Source: Eledone cirrhosa
Taxonomy: Eukaryota
Assembly: GCA_964016885.1 (NCBI GenBank)
Contig: OZ024757.1
Coordinates: 33,480,001-33,544,000, forward strand
DNA length: 64,000 bases
Direction: 5' to 3'
Part shown: positions 1 to 28,500 of the stretch, piece by piece
How the letters are laid out: each line of letters opens with the position of its first letter
Position numbering within the stretch: the first letter of the stretch is position 1
Translations under genes and position numbers: made by a program
The notes under the pieces: model-generated
The model's database searches: none
What the model saw: the letters and a program-made list of their open reading frames with translations, nothing else
Told to the model about the DNA's origin: nothing

Positions 1-269
1 TCCATGTTATCAGTCCCCACCTACTTCATGTCACCCAAGATAAAGACAGTTTCATTGAATCATTTTTGGGGAGGAAGGAAGAAACCCAGTTGCCCTTTAG
101 AGTGTTAGAATTATTTAAAAGAAAAAAAAAAACTTGCCAAAGGTTACCTTAAGTATGTCAGTAATTCACAGAGAACTTTAATAGAATGACATTAGAACTG
201 AAGGGAGACAAGAATTTTTACTCAACCAACAACCACTAAGAACATGCTATGATTGTGAAGCATGGCATG

Positions 270-600
270 GCATGGTTCTGTAACTCCCGAGGAAGTCACA
301 GAGGTGCTATATTGACATGCAGCATTTTTAGGGCATTTTTAAGACTGGCAGAGCCCAATCCTTTATAAGTCTGAATACAGATTTCTTCCAGAGAAGGATA
401 GAGAATGAGGGAATGGAAGTTAGAAAGAGACATAGAGGAAATATCGACCCCAGTACTAGACTGGCGCTGTTTTATTGACCTCGAATGGATGAAAGGCAAA
501 GTTGACGTTGGTGAGATTTGAACTCAGAGAGTAGAGAGCCAAAATAAATACCACAAAGCATTCTATCCAACGTTCTAATCACTCTGCCAATACATCACCT
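270..600 (-). mobile_element. tRNA-derived SINE, long-tailed variant
   Basis: Reverse complement of the B-box (gagttcaaatc) and gcctttcatcc...gtcgataaa core; tail shared with 12420-12545 and 19600-19700; ends approximate. Confidence 0.7.
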
Positions 601-1608
601 TCATAATTGCGAATACAAGCAGGCAAAATGGCATTCCTCCAAAGTATCTTAGGTGTAACCTTACTCGTTAGAGTTCATAACTCGGAGAACAGGGAGTTGC
701 TTCAGGCAGAGCCGCGACTTCTCTGAGTTGATAGATCACAGCTCCAATACTATGGACAAATGGGAAACTAAACTGCTGCATGTTTTAAATGGCAGCATGA
801 AACCTCCCAAAGTATAAAAGTCTATCTTAAGCCAGAGAGCTCTTAAAGCAATTACATACCTACTTTCAAAACAAAGGACTGAATATTCAAATATTTCCTC
901 CATGTTTTCATACTCAGAAGCAGGTTTATCATTAAAAAATAAAGTATTATAGAATTCTTATTGTTTTAGCTAAAATATCAGCAACTAAAGTCTGTTTTGA
1001 ACCTGAAGGCTCATCTGGGCGGTGCTTATACCGGTTTCATGGCGTGAAGCGACTGAGAGTACAAGACTCCCCCCTGGACAGGATGCCAGCCTATCGCAGA
1101 GTTAAACCCCCAGCTATTCAGCTATTGCTGGTACTTAATTTCAGTTGAGTATACTGGAACAACATCAAATGAAGAGTTTTTTGCTCAAAAACACAGCATA
1201 CAACCCAACCCAGGAATCGAACCCACGACATTATGATCATAAGTCCAATACCCTTAAATACCCTTACCACTAGGCCATGTGCCTCGATACCCAAAGTATA
1301 ACAATATAAATTTTAATATATATTTCAGACAAGGGTGGTGGATCGGCAGAATTGGTAGAATGTTGGATAAAATGCCATTTCAATATTTGTTCTGTCTCTT
1401 TACATTCTGAGTTCAAATCTCTCTGATCCCAGCTTTGTCTTTCATCCTTCTCGATGCTTCTGCCCACTTTGTCCTTATATAACACACACAGACATACAGA
1501 CACATAGACCTGTTCTCCCTGTTCACTCCCACTTTCCCTTTGTTTCCTTTACACCCCCCTCTCTCTTCTGTTCACTCCTACTCTGTTCTCTCCCTCTCTC
1601 TACTCCAG

Positions 1609-16730
<15,122 letters not shown>

Positions 16731-16939
16731 ATTTAAAAATCTGACTACTATTACTACCCTTGTCTCAAAGAAATTCTCGGACTATGAGATCAGTGTGAAT
16801 TCAACGAGATTTTGTTCACGATTTTATTTAACTCTTAATGCCCTGTACCACATGAAACCACATTAGCAAGACATCCTTGAAAAGTTCAAAACAATTCTAT
16901 GATTGCATCAAATTAAAAATTAAAATCTTTACTCTAACA

Positions 16940-17400
16940 ATGCAAATTTTCACAACGATCTGTCCCCTTGTAAAGATACTATAAACATTTGAATCAACAA
17001 ACCCATTTTTAGATGGTTTCTGCTAAATTATTACCAAATCCGAATGGTTAATACTGCAAATTTTCACAACGATCTGTTCCCTTGTAAAGATATTATTAAC
17101 ATTTGAATCAACAAACTCATTGTAGGATATTTTCTGCTAAATTATTACAAGATTTTAAGGGTTAATATTGGAAATTTTCACAATGATCTGATCTGTCCTC
17201 TTGTAAAGATACTATAAACATTTGAATCAGCAAAACCCATTTTTAGATATTTTCTACTAAATTATTATAAGGTTTTAAGGGTTAAACTGCAAATTTTCAC
17301 CAATGATCTGTCCCCTTGTAAAGATACTATTAACATTTGAATCAACAAACCCATTTTTAGATATTTTCTGCTGAATCATTACAGGATTTTAAGAGTTAAA
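16940..17400. repeat. ~120-bp tandem repeat, 4 units, just downstream of the NOX4 stop
   Basis: tgcaaattttcacaacgatctgt...tgtaaagatac repeated. Confidence 0.88.
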
Positions 17401-18638
17401 TCATCACTGTCATTCACTTTCATCATCATCATTCTCATCAAAACACATTGGTCTCCAATTTGGATTCCATTCATAAAAAACAAAGTTTTGGGATCAGTAC
17501 CTCATCAGGGTTAATGTTTCCTGGATAAAGATTTGTTGTCAAAAATATCTAATATTTTTATGTTCAGATAAAATATTGTATTTGCAGATTTGTTCCATAT
17601 TTAATTCTCTATTGTGTTTTGGTGAATTGGCAGCATGGCTAGAGTGTTGGGTTCAGTACTATGCTATTTGTTCCAGCTTATTAGTCCTTCAGTTCAAATC
17701 CCACAGAGGACTACATTGTCTTTGATCCTTTAAGGGGTTGATAAATAAAGTATCAGTCGAGCAGGGAAGGTGGAAAAGAGCCGACACAGTGTGATTTGTG
17801 GTATCTGATCTGTCTGTGTACATACTGAGGTCAAATCCCAACTCCTTCTGCCAAGAAGTTGTGACTTGCAGATAATATCAGCAATGGAAAGACCAATGGA
17901 AACATTGTTTCCTTCGTCCAATTTGATGATCGACTCCTTTCCTATTTCTTATTTTACATCTTGCTTTTGTAAAATCTTGTTAAAGTCAGAGTCTTATATT
18001 ATTTTTGTGTGGGAAAACAAAGCAATATATATATCATCATCATCATTTAACATCCATTTTCCACACTAGCATAGGTAGGACAGGCTGTCCTGTTGTGAGA
18101 GATCTAGGTCGAAGGACCGTATTTTGCTCACATAGGACAGATTTGGGCTCGATTTCTATGGCTGGATGCCCTTCCCAGCACCAACCACATTTACAGTGTG
18201 CGCTGGATGTTTTTTGTTGCAACACATACACGACCACTTTAGAGTGTGGATTGGGCCCTTTTGTCATGGCTCCAAGGGCACCACTGTATGGTGTGGGGAA
18301 GAGGCCTGGGGAATTGGGGAGGTAGGTATAGGGGTGGGATGATTATAGCAAGGGAGGTTTATGGGAGGGGTGATTGTAGGGAAGGTGGTACATACTAGAT
18401 ATATGCTTCAACTTGTGCATGTGAGAGGGCAGGTCTTCCGTATTACTGCATAGTGCCAGAGATCACAGTCCTATGTTATTGCCTTAGCAAAGTGTAATTG
18501 TACAAAGTCAGCTTTTATTGCCTCACCCCAAGTCTTCCTAGGCCTGCCCACTCCATGGCTTCCGTCAACTTTGAGCACTCTGAACCTTCATATAAAGCTG
18601 TCATCCTTCATACGCATCACATGTCCATACCAGTGCTA

Positions 18639-18671
<33 letters not shown>

Positions 18672-18692
18672 TATATACATATTTATGAGATA

Positions 18693-18723
<31 letters not shown>

Positions 18724-19385
18724 TAATTTATAGTATATCTCATATATACATATATGGCCATCTAACCCATGCTAGCATAGAAAATAAACATTAAATGATA
18801 TATACATATATATATATTAATATATATACACACACACACATGTATGTGTGTGTGTGTGTACAGTATATCTCAAATATAAACACATACATATATATATACA
18901 TATTTATGAGATATATTATATATAAAGAATGACACAATATGGCTATTGGTTATGTACAACACTGTTCTACAATTATTTGTATTATTTAAATTTAAATAAA
19001 CTGTTGGCCATCTCAAACTTGTTTTGTGTTCTCCCCCACAACCCTTGCCAACCTCAATTTCTGTTTCCTTTTTATAATACTAACATTTTTTTTCAACACG
19101 CAGAAGTCTATGTGTATTTTGTGTATGTGTTTGCACATTTATATTTATATACTCATACATATAAATGTATGCATATGCAAATACAAACAGACACACTTAC
19201 GAAAATGCACTCACAAATACACACACACATTCACACAAAGTGTAGCAAATGGAGTGCCAGCAACTATTTTGCTATAGTTTTTTCACCATCCTCTTACACA
19301 CATACATTCACTCCACCCCACACATTGTGTGATGGACGGACGGAAGCACTCAAATTTATATATAGATGTTAATACAAGTGCAAAA

Positions 19386-19700
19386 GCAGTGAATTGACAG
19401 AGTTGCTAGAATGTCAGATAGAATGCTTTGCCGTATTCATTTCGGCTCTCTGTTCACCGAGGTCAATTTTGCCTTTCCCCCTTTTGAAGTCATTAAAAAG
19501 AGTATCAGTCTAATACTGGGGTTAATTCTTCCTCTATATCTCTTTCTCACTTCCATTCTCTTACTCTCTTTTTTTTTTTTTTTTTTTCTTTTTCTGGAAG
19601 AAATCTGTTGTATTCAGACCTGGAGGGGAAATGGGCTCTACCTGGTTTAAAAATACTCTAGAAATGCTGTATGTCAATATGGCACTGCTACGACTCCCTC
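19386..19700 (+). mobile_element. tRNA-derived SINE, long-tailed variant
   Basis: Degenerate head, gcctttccccctttgaagtc core, aatctgttgtattcagacc...ctagaaatgctg tail. Confidence 0.7.
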
Positions 19701-20155
19701 AAATATGTGTTTGTGCATGTTTGACAATTTGCTGCCTATCACACCCATAGGAAGTCACTATATGTCTGTATCAGAGTTAAGACATCAGATAGAATGCTTT
19801 GCACTATTCATCCCACCACATGGCGTGCTCCGAGTTCAAATCCTACTGTGGTCAACTTTGCCTTTCATCCTTCCGAGCTCGATAAAAAAGTACCAGTCTA
19901 GTACTAAGTTCTGCCAGGTTTAAAAGTGTCCTAGACACACTATATAATGGTGCCTCTACAACTCCATAAGGAGTTATGGGATCTTTATCCTTTGTTTTAT
20001 GGGTGTTATGAATGAATATATATATATGTAGGAGGTGAGTTTTATTGTAGTACAATAAAGCAATGCAGATATCGGATAAGAAGCACTCTACAGTTTGTAG
20101 GACTGGAGTATACATAATATATAAGATCAAAAGATGGTTAAAGGAGTTCCATGTA

Positions 20156-20222
20156 TTTTATTATGCGCATTTCAAAAACAAACATCATCATGCAATAATA
20201 TTTGTGTTTTCCTCAGATAAAA
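20156..20222 (-). ncRNA. Type I hammerhead ribozyme in a (TA)n-flanked PLE-derived element (~20030-20285)
   Basis: Minus strand: ttttat-CTGAGGA-[stem II acaaatattat/atgatgtttgt]-GAAA-TGCGCA-TA|ataaaa. Confidence 0.8.
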
Positions 20223-20283
20223 CAGGAGGACATGATATGAAGGCTAAAAAACACTTGTGGATAGTGTAGTTTTAAATCAACAT

Positions 20284-20325
<42 letters not shown>

Positions 20326-20577
20326 CATATCTGAAGAGGAGATAAGCTCTTCTAGGTTTATGGACCCGTAACTGGGGGGGGGGGGGGGGGAGTCATAGGA
20401 GTGCTACATTGACAGTGTTTCTAGGGCATTTTTTTAAAACCTGGCAGGCTGATAAAATATAGTACCAGTAATGCACTGGGGGGGGGGGGGGGGAGTCGTT
20501 GATTTAATCAACTTTCCCTTCCCCCTAAACCTTTTGGCATTGTGCTTCAATCAGAAAGAATTATTAGGGCTCTAGTG

Positions 20578-20701
20578 CAGTACTTCCTAAAGTGGGTTCT
20601 GCAGAACCCAAGGGTTCCGCAATATAACAGTATTAGGGTTTGGGGTTCCAATAGTTTCTGAACAAAAGGGTTCTGCATTTGAAAAAGTTTGGGAAACCTT
20701 G
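20578..20701. mobile_element. hAT/Charlie-type MITE
   Basis: cagtacttcctaaa...tttgggaaaccttg ends; 8-bp TSD ctctagtg/ctttagtg. Confidence 0.7.
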
Positions 20702-21479
20702 CTTTAGTGCAATGAATTGCTTGAGCCATTAGAAAACCCGATACAACGCTCTGCTGCATTTGAGTTCAAATCTTGGCAAAGTTGATAGAACACCAGATAG
20801 AAACCTTAGAGTGGGATTTAACCCACAACCATGTGGTTGCGAAGTGAACTCTCTCTCAGAGGCATGGTTGTATGGTTAAAGAAAGAGTGTGTGTGAGAGT
20901 ACAAGAATGCGTGTGTATATGAGAGCTTGGGTGTCTGAGAGAAAAAGAGTGCGGGTGTGTGTAAAACAAACGATAACACTTCATATAGTGAACAAGAAAA
21001 CTTTAATAACTCAAGACATCCGCCCCACTCTTGTATTAAAGATAGACATAAAAAAAACAATGCAGTACATAGTAATCAGGGGGAATAACCAGGCATCGCC
21101 TGACTTTCCTTTTCGTGCAGGTTGCTATTATGTGATTAAAAAATCTTAGAAAAGTGGAACAGCCAATCTAAGGGAAATAACCTTGCCAGCTTCTGTTTCC
21201 ATCCCTAGCAATAGTTGCTTTGCTGCCTTTATTTCTGAGGTTAGCTTTGCGTTCCTGATAGATTATTTTATCGGCCCTGTAAGGATGAAAGGCACAGAGG
21301 CCGATTTAATCGACTTTCCCTCCTCCCAAGTTGCTGGCTTTGTGCCAAAAGTAGAAACTTATTTCTTAATATATTTATAAAAAAAAGAAAAAAGAAAAAT
21401 TGTCATTATTCTGAGTGTTCATTTTTCTGATAGTTTAAGGGTTTTGTAGAATTTTGATTTTTTTTTTATGTAATTGATT

Positions 21480-21780
21480 TTCTCTGTCTTCCTTGCCCAC
21501 ACATTCCTGGGAGTGTCATGGTGGCAGAGTCCTCAAACACGCCTTCCATCAGGTCCTGTCAGAAGCAACTATCTCCAATTGATTCGGCAGGATTTCCAAT
21601 CGAGACCAGCCGAGTTCATAGGTGTTATCCAACCATTTTGCTCGGGGGTCTACTCTTGGGTCTCCTGTCAGATGGTTTTGTCTGTACAATCAATCCAGCG
21701 ATTCTTTCCTTAGACATTCTGATCACATATCCGTAGTATCGGAGCTGTGTTCTCTCAATTCGACTATTTTCTTCATTAGC
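21480..21780 (-). mobile_element. RTE-like LINE 3' fragment; related pieces at 29180-29440 (+) and ~670-760 (+)
   Basis: QLRYYGYVIRMSKERIA...RPKSRP motif. Confidence 0.7.
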
Positions 21781-22829
21781 TTCCATATTTTTCTTTTCTA
21801 GTTTGTGAAAGAAATTATCTCTTGTCAAAAAGATCCAAAATCATTTACAATAAAGCCCTACTGTAATATAGGAGAAATCATCAGTTTCTTAACTTCAAAC
21901 CGATACGATCGATGGAGGTTTAATTATAAATAAAAAGACCGCCCTTCGATCACGAATAACCATGGGCTTTGCACCTAGAAAGTTCTCTAAGGTACAAGCC
22001 CGAACAAGCTATTTTTGTGGAAGACCAACAGTCGCCCATGCATACAAGTTTCCCCCTCTCCACGTCATCGATGTTGTCCAAAGGACCAGTGACGTCGCAA
22101 CATATTTCTGCAGGTCAGTGAACTGGAGCAACGTGTCTTGCTGAAGGACATAACGCATAGCCTTGTCCGAAAATCGAACTCACAACCTTACAATTGTAAA
22201 CACAACTAACTACTAAGCCTTCAACATTCTAAATATATTCTTTGTTAAAGACGAAAACTAGAAAAGAGAATTGATGGCAAAATAGTCCTTCTCGATCCCG
22301 GAGACTCATTAAGCCGATGTTTATTCCGGTTTTTATGGCGTTAGATAACCAAACATGGGTAGAAGGAAAAGAAATTACGTTGATAACCTACTGGAAGATG
22401 CCGGAGTGGATAGTATGAGAACTCAGAACATTGATGATGATGAACAGAGAACTTTGGAGGGCTAGTGTAAAGAAAAATGGGTGACCTGCCAGTCAGCTTA
22501 GATAGAGACACTTCGCAGCTTCCAGAGTAAAGAGTTAAATCAGGCACGGCTGTGTTGCTGTTTTCCACTGCGGTGCTCTCCATCTGCTACATCGAGCCTT
22601 TATATGGTGACTCTCAGAACCTGAATGGTTTTCAGTTTTCACCCTACTATAGTGAAAAGCGAAGGATACACTGGATATGGCCAAGTGGTCATGGAGACAC
22701 TGCGCACAAAAGACAAAAAAGTAGAAGCTTAAACATGATCATATTTTCTTAATTAGGGCTGACCTTGAGCAAAACCACTATAACATGAAAAGCCACGTTG
22801 AAAAAACTACGTGTAACCAACTCTTGGAA

Positions 22830-23470
22830 GTTATATGACCCTGTCCCTAGGCAGTCAGCCACCTGTTAGTCGACGGAATCTCAAACAACAACATCCGAAA
22901 ACAATGCCAGCAACAGCAGTCGACCATTGAAGTCCAAATTCGGCAACGCAGGTTACAGCGGTTTGGCCACGTCTGCAGGTTAAGCACTGGAAGACTACCA
23001 TCACAACGTTTGTGAAGACAGCAACCCATGCACTGGAAGACTACCATCACAACGTTTGTGAAGACAGCAACCCATGCACTGGAAGACTACCATCACAACG
23101 TTTGTGAAGACAGCAACCCATGCACTGGAAGACTACCATCACAACGTTTGTGAAGACAGCAACCCATGCACTGGAAGACTACCATCACAATGTTTGTGAA
23201 GACAGCAACCCATGCACTGGAAGACTACCATCACAATGTTTGTGAAGACAGCAACCCATGCACTGGAAGACTACCATCACAACGTTTGTGAAGACAGCAA
23301 CCCATGCACTGGAGAATCCAGGGCAGCGCACCGAAAAAGACAAGGACGAAACAAATCGAGGAGAATCTAAAATCGCAGTGGCTCGACCTCGACCATGGTA
23401 AAGCCAGCGTCATGGATAAAAATGCGTGAAAGAACATTATCATCGGAATCCATGATCGAGCGTCATCCAC
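22830..23470 (+). mobile_element. RTE-like LINE 3' fragment containing a 7 x 46-bp tandem array (22985-23306)
   Basis: SNNNIRKQC...IEVQIRQRRLQRFGHVCRL; unit cactggaagactaccatcacaacgtttgtgaagacagcaacccatg. Confidence 0.8.
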
Positions 23471-23870
23471 AGCAGCGTATAGATTGAGAGGACAGCCTCC
23501 CTCAATCGCCAGCTCGGGATTAAAAAAAGAAAAAAAAAAAAAAGAACTGGTTAGCAGTCTGTCAGTGTTGACTAGATACGCTGGTTGATTTTAGGACCCC
23601 GTCCACTTCTGGCTCCTAAACATTATAGAGCTATTGGATTATGGCCATGATGACAGAAATGGGTCGAGGCAGTATGACATCTTTTTCCACGCCAAAGGTG
23701 TTTGGGTGGAGTGTGTCAATTCTAATTTAGGCATAACACCAGAAATTTGTAGAGAGGAAAATCGATTATATCACGAGTGCTGGACATCGGTAGTTAAAAG
23801 CCAAGGAAAACAATACAATCTATTACGAGAGAGCTTATTTAGTAAAATTAAAATTGGTAATTTTGTCCAG

Positions 23871-23953
23871 GCGCCCGATGAAAGGCCAGTATTGAAACGG
23901 CCCCTGCACTATACAGTAGTGGCCATAACTGGACCCGAAACCAAAGGTCGCGC
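23871..23953 (+). ncRNA. Type I hammerhead motif, CCGAUGA variant
   Basis: gcgc-CCGATGA-[ccagt/actgg, ggcc/ggcc]-GAAA-CC-aaa-GG-TC|gcgc. Confidence 0.6.
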
Positions 23954-24044
23954 ATACATGTTAAGTGTATGAAGGACTCAAGCCCGAAACGTCGAAACCT
24001 TCACTTCCACTAAGCGTGAACCTGATATAGCAGTACAATTGCGT

Positions 24045-24150
24045 GTGTCCATGTAGGGGCTCCAAAAGGAGCACTGAGTGCAATGTCAACTCTGGATGTC
24101 GGTGAGCATGTCCAGCTAACCTCAGTCTCCTCTGTGTCACTTTTGTGTTC
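24045..24150 (-). mobile_element. Short copy of the LINE at 33573-34012
   Basis: KVTQRRLRLAGHAHRHP...LLLEPLHGHT, nearly identical. Confidence 0.85.
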
Positions 24151-24479
24151 ATACACATACACATATATATACACACATATATATATATACACACATATAT
24201 ACATGGAATACCACGAGCGTGCCCGTTACGCAAGTTGGATAATTGATTCATAGAAACACTTTAAACATATCTTTTTAACCTGTTCTTTCGTTACTTTGGT
24301 ATTGTGTGGTTGGGTTTTGCCTATCGCAATGTTCAATTTGTCAAGTTATTTAAACATATGTTATTACTCTAAGGACCTACCCTATTGAGTGCTTTGCTAA
24401 TTCATTCCTATTGTAGGTCGACTTTGCTTGCCTACAGCCAAAGCTTCGATTTTACTAAGCTTCCACTTATATATATATA

Positions 24480-24649
24480 TGATGTCCTCCAAAAGTAACG
24501 GTTGCATTTTGAAAGGGTACGTCAATGTTTATTTATAAAACTTGTATATATTGTATTTTGTCTGATGAAGGCATACCATAATTTAACATGGTATCCTTGA
24601 AATATATATAATTATGGTTTTATAAATATAGTTTCCATTTGTTAATATC

Positions 24650-24650
<1 letters not shown>
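24480..24650 (+). mobile_element. PLE-derived short element with a hammerhead core (24562-24610), between (TA)n tracts
   Basis: CTGATGA-aggcataccat/atggtatcctt-GAAA-TATATA-TA; same family as 39400-39585 and 41553-41995; 3' strand of stem I deleted. Confidence 0.7.
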
Positions 24651-24699
<49 letters not shown>

Positions 24700-25379
24700 C
24701 ATATTTCCAAGGAAATACGAAATATATATACATATTGTATAAAGCTATGCTTCAAGCGAAATCCTATTTCTTTTTATATATATTGCAAGGGCGGGAGGAC
24801 GGACACTTTACAAGTTCGATACTCTTTGTTCCAGCAGCAACGTTTAGTAAATTAAACGATTCCATCTGAACATTTTTTAATGGTTAAAATGTTAAGATTA
24901 GATCTCAGTTATTTGGAGAATATCTTTGAAGATGTGATGTAAGTTTTCACTGAAGCCAGTCATTTAATTAAAACGTTCCAAATTCGTCTTTCTTCGTCTC
25001 TCTTTGCTTATCTCAGATCTTTATCCCTTCTGATTATGGAATTTGAAGCCTAAGAAATATGGCTAAACAACAATGAGGTGTAGCTTAGCCAAAGTTATCA
25101 GACATTGTCTGGAGACTATATAATTATCATCGTCATCATTTCGACTGCGGCATCAGACAACGACAGACTTCCTTCACCCATTGCAGCTTTTATAATCAGT
25201 TGTGGTCCCGTGGTCAGACATGGCTTTGGATAGGGTTTCAATCTACAGGCGGAATTTGAATTTAAGAACGCCCTGTGCTGGGATAAATACTCCCCCGCCC
25301 CACGAAGCTTGAAATCATGCAAATTATTCCGGGAATCAATGAAGACTCTTCACAATAAATTTGATACGAGGGAAAGCGG

Positions 25380-25720
25380 CGAAGATCATGGAATGAGTCC
25401 CAATTTGCCTTGTCCAGGATCCCACATCTAAACCAGTCGGATTTGACCTTCCTAGAAAGCAATGGGTGTTCTTTAGTCAAATCCGCATAATACATGCCAG
25501 GACAGCCTATCATTTCCATCAATAGAAAATGAAAGACAGCCTAGCATGTAACTGTGGGGGTCCCTGACCAGACAGTGCTGTATGTTGTTCGGGATCGCCT
25601 CCTCAGACATTTTCCAAGCGGCAATCCGTAATACTACAAATGACACTTTAGTCTGGCTCACCAATCTCGATCTGTCTTTAACCATTTTACATATGTTGTC
25701 CGACAAGAGGAAGACCAAGG
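25380..25720 (+). pseudogene. Highly degenerate Gypsy-like reverse transcriptase remnant
   Basis: Across frameshifts: ICL..D..HLNQ, FFSQI..HARTAYH, MLFGIASSDIFQ, NDTLVW (compare FSxLDAxxAYHQ, MPFGIxSAPEIFQ, DDILVW). Confidence 0.45.
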
Positions 25721-26630
25721 ATCTCGTCCGACACAATTCCACCACCACCGTCAACTGGACTAGTACTTTATCTTATCGACCCCAGTATTTGGCTGGTACT
25801 TTATTTTATCCACCCCTGATAAGAATGATTTCTAATCTAGACACAAAACCTGCAATTTGTGGGGGAGGGGGGGATCAATTACGTCGATTATAGATGTGTG
25901 AAAGGGAAGAATCTACCCTAGTACTAGACTGGAACTTTTTTTTAGCGACTTTCGTTTCGTGGATGACTAAAAAAGAAAAATAGATAATGCCAACATATGA
26001 CAACAGCTATTGCATAGCAGGCTGGGGCGGTCCAGTCATGCCCATCACATAGCAGTAAACCAGTAGAAGCCAAGTTTGAAAATAATTCTTTCTAACATTG
26101 ATACAAAGCTAACAAATCAGGGAAGGAGAACGTTGATTACAGCGAACGCCAGTACTTTACTGGTACTTTATTTTGTCGACCCGTGTTAAGGAAAGACAAA
26201 ACTGACTTCTACAGGACTGGAATTCAGAACGTAAAGAGCCGTAACTATATGCTGCCGTTGAGCATTTTGTCCGATGCTCTACTGACGTCGCCAATTTGTT
26301 CGAACATCTATTCCAGAGCGAAGCAGGATTGTCCAGTCATACGACTTGTAAAGTAACATATACCAAAACCCATTCCATAGCAGACTGGGTTTGTCCGACC
26401 ACACCTGTACAGGTTCACCTACGAGGTTGTACCTCATAGGTTTCCTGGATATTTTAATGATAGGGACTCCATTTCTATAATGGAAAACAAAAGTGAAATG
26501 AAGCTTCTTGTTTAATAACACAACGTAGCGCTCGGTAGCAGAATCAATCCAATAACCTTATCATTGTGAGTTCAACACAAACCACCAGACCATGCGAGTC
26601 TCCATGCAATTAATGAACTAAAGAAAAATA

Positions 26631-27808
26631 ATGGAGCAGTAAGTGTTTGTCGTCTGCCAGGTCCGAGGAGGATTTTACATTTTCGCTGTATTTCTTTGCA
26701 GACGCGCAAGGTGGAACTCGCCAACCAGAAGTCGAGGCTGCTTTGGAATGCATCAAAGATGATATTGAATACAAAGCATGCGCCAGACAGTTCGGCACCA
26801 TCTCAGTACTGTTCCAAACCGAGGCCTTTGCTATTAAGTACTCCGTGGCCCCCTGCAGAAAGGAACGCATCATTATGCACTCGTCCTACATGGGCAAAAG
26901 AACAGCGAAGGTCTGCATTCCTAGGATCCCACCAAAAATGAACCTATGGTGGCTCCTGGGATGCGTAATCGAGGAGGGCACAGGCACTACCCTCGTAGAT
27001 ATTAAAAATACGGAGAGAGAGAGAGAGAGATCCGGGATGGATTTGGAGATTCTTCTCCAAATAAAACCAGAAGGCCTAAATATCCCGCACTTTGTCCGCC
27101 TGTAGGAGGAGTCAACGATTCAGTTGATGACTGGGGAAAGAAGGCTGCACTGCTTCGCCTGTGGTGATGTAACGCATCTGCGAGACTTCTGCCCTCAGCT
27201 AAAAAATGCAGGAGGCTGCAAACCTTTGCTATCAACGCCAGTGCCGGGACGGAAAGCTCCACCAACACACACCGGCAGCCCCACCAACAGCAAAGCCAGT
27301 CGAACCACCACTAACACCAACCTATGGGAAAAACGAGGAATGCTCTCCTATTCCCCTCCCCTTCAAAATATACACATGGACAAAAACAAAAGCACACGCA
27401 GACACAGTAAGTGAAGATGAGGGAAAACCCAAATCCGGCAAACAGCAAGAAAAAAAACAAAAAACAAAGAAAAAGCCCCCACAAATCACAGAAACGCCCA
27501 CAATAAAAATGAAAATACAGACACCACCAACGTAAACACTTCCAACAATACCAACACTATCCCCACAATCCAGCAAACGCAAACAACCTAAAGAAACAAA
27601 TAAAGTGACGCCTGAAATTGCAGACACCCCACCTACAACAAGCAGACATACCCGAAACAACACCAACAAAACCATCACAGTCACTCAAACGAAAAATAAA
27701 ATCGCACCAATAAAACAAAAACTTTGTGCTTGTCAGAAGGGCCAAAAAGAAATCGATGGCTCTCGTAGCACGAAGCGAAGAAATTCAAACAGCGGGGTAG
27801 ATTTTTGA
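26631..27808 (+). pseudogene. Gag-like ORF1 of a non-LTR retrotransposon (Tx1/L1-like) with a CCHC zinc knuckle, disrupted
   Basis: ORFs 26647-27105 and 27124-27414 share a frame split by one TAG; CFACGDVTHLRDFC = CX2CX4HX4C; followed by a K/T/P-rich low-complexity tail. Confidence 0.7.
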
Positions 27809-28154
27809 ATCTAGCACATTTTGCGTGCCAGAAGATTTGTTTCTAGTACGAATGTCGCTCGATTAGAAAAAAAAAAGAAAAGGAAAATTCCAGTGCAAAA
27901 GGTTTCTTCCCTGAAACCAATTCAACCGGTTGCTTTTAGTTAAAATGCTCGACATTGATCAACAGGAATTTCTCTTCAAAATAAACGTAATAGCAAAATA
28001 AATAATTTTACCAAGAAAATGATTTTGCCTTTAGTTTGGAAAGTGTCTAGAAGTCTATGACACGTTTAAACTTCTCAACAGAAGCAACAAGAAATACTGT
28101 CAGGCAAACGACACAGAGTTCAATTTTTAACCATCGAATAATAATAATTATTTT

Positions 28155-28500
28155 ATAGACCCCGTAAGTATGAAAAGCAAAGTTAACCTTGGCGGGATTT
28201 GAACTCAGACTATAAATGGTCGTATCTCTATGCTGCAAAGCATGGCGTTCGACCCTCAACCTACCAATCCACTGCTCTAACGATAATGATTTCTAGTATA
28301 GGCACAAGGCCAGCAATTTTGGAGGATTGGAAAGTCGATTAAATCGACCCCAGATCGTGACTGGTACTTTATTAAATCGACCCTGTAAGAATGAAAGGCA
28401 AGTTAACCTCGGTGGGATTTGAACGCAGACCGTAAAGGGCCGTAACTATGTTGCAAAGCATGGCGTCCGACCCTCAACCGATACTGCCAATCCACAGCCG
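28155..28500 (-). mobile_element. Two tandem tRNA-derived SINE copies
   Basis: Same core as other copies; further copies at 26090-26295, 31150-31360 and 43775-43995. Confidence 0.8.

Noticed and set aside
1-1608. Further upstream NOX4 exon
   Set aside because: Only SINE/LINE fragments seen; no TM2-TM3-like frame with splice sites.
22985-23306. CRISPR-like regular repeat
   Set aside because: Head-to-tail units with no spacers, inside a LINE, in eukaryotic DNA.
26365-26480. Possible minus-strand exon NGVPIIKISRKPMRYNLVGEPVQVWSDKPSLLWNGF
   Set aside because: Splice-like ends exist, but I found no partner exons or recognisable domain, and part of it recurs in diverged form at ~25990-26035, suggesting a repeat.
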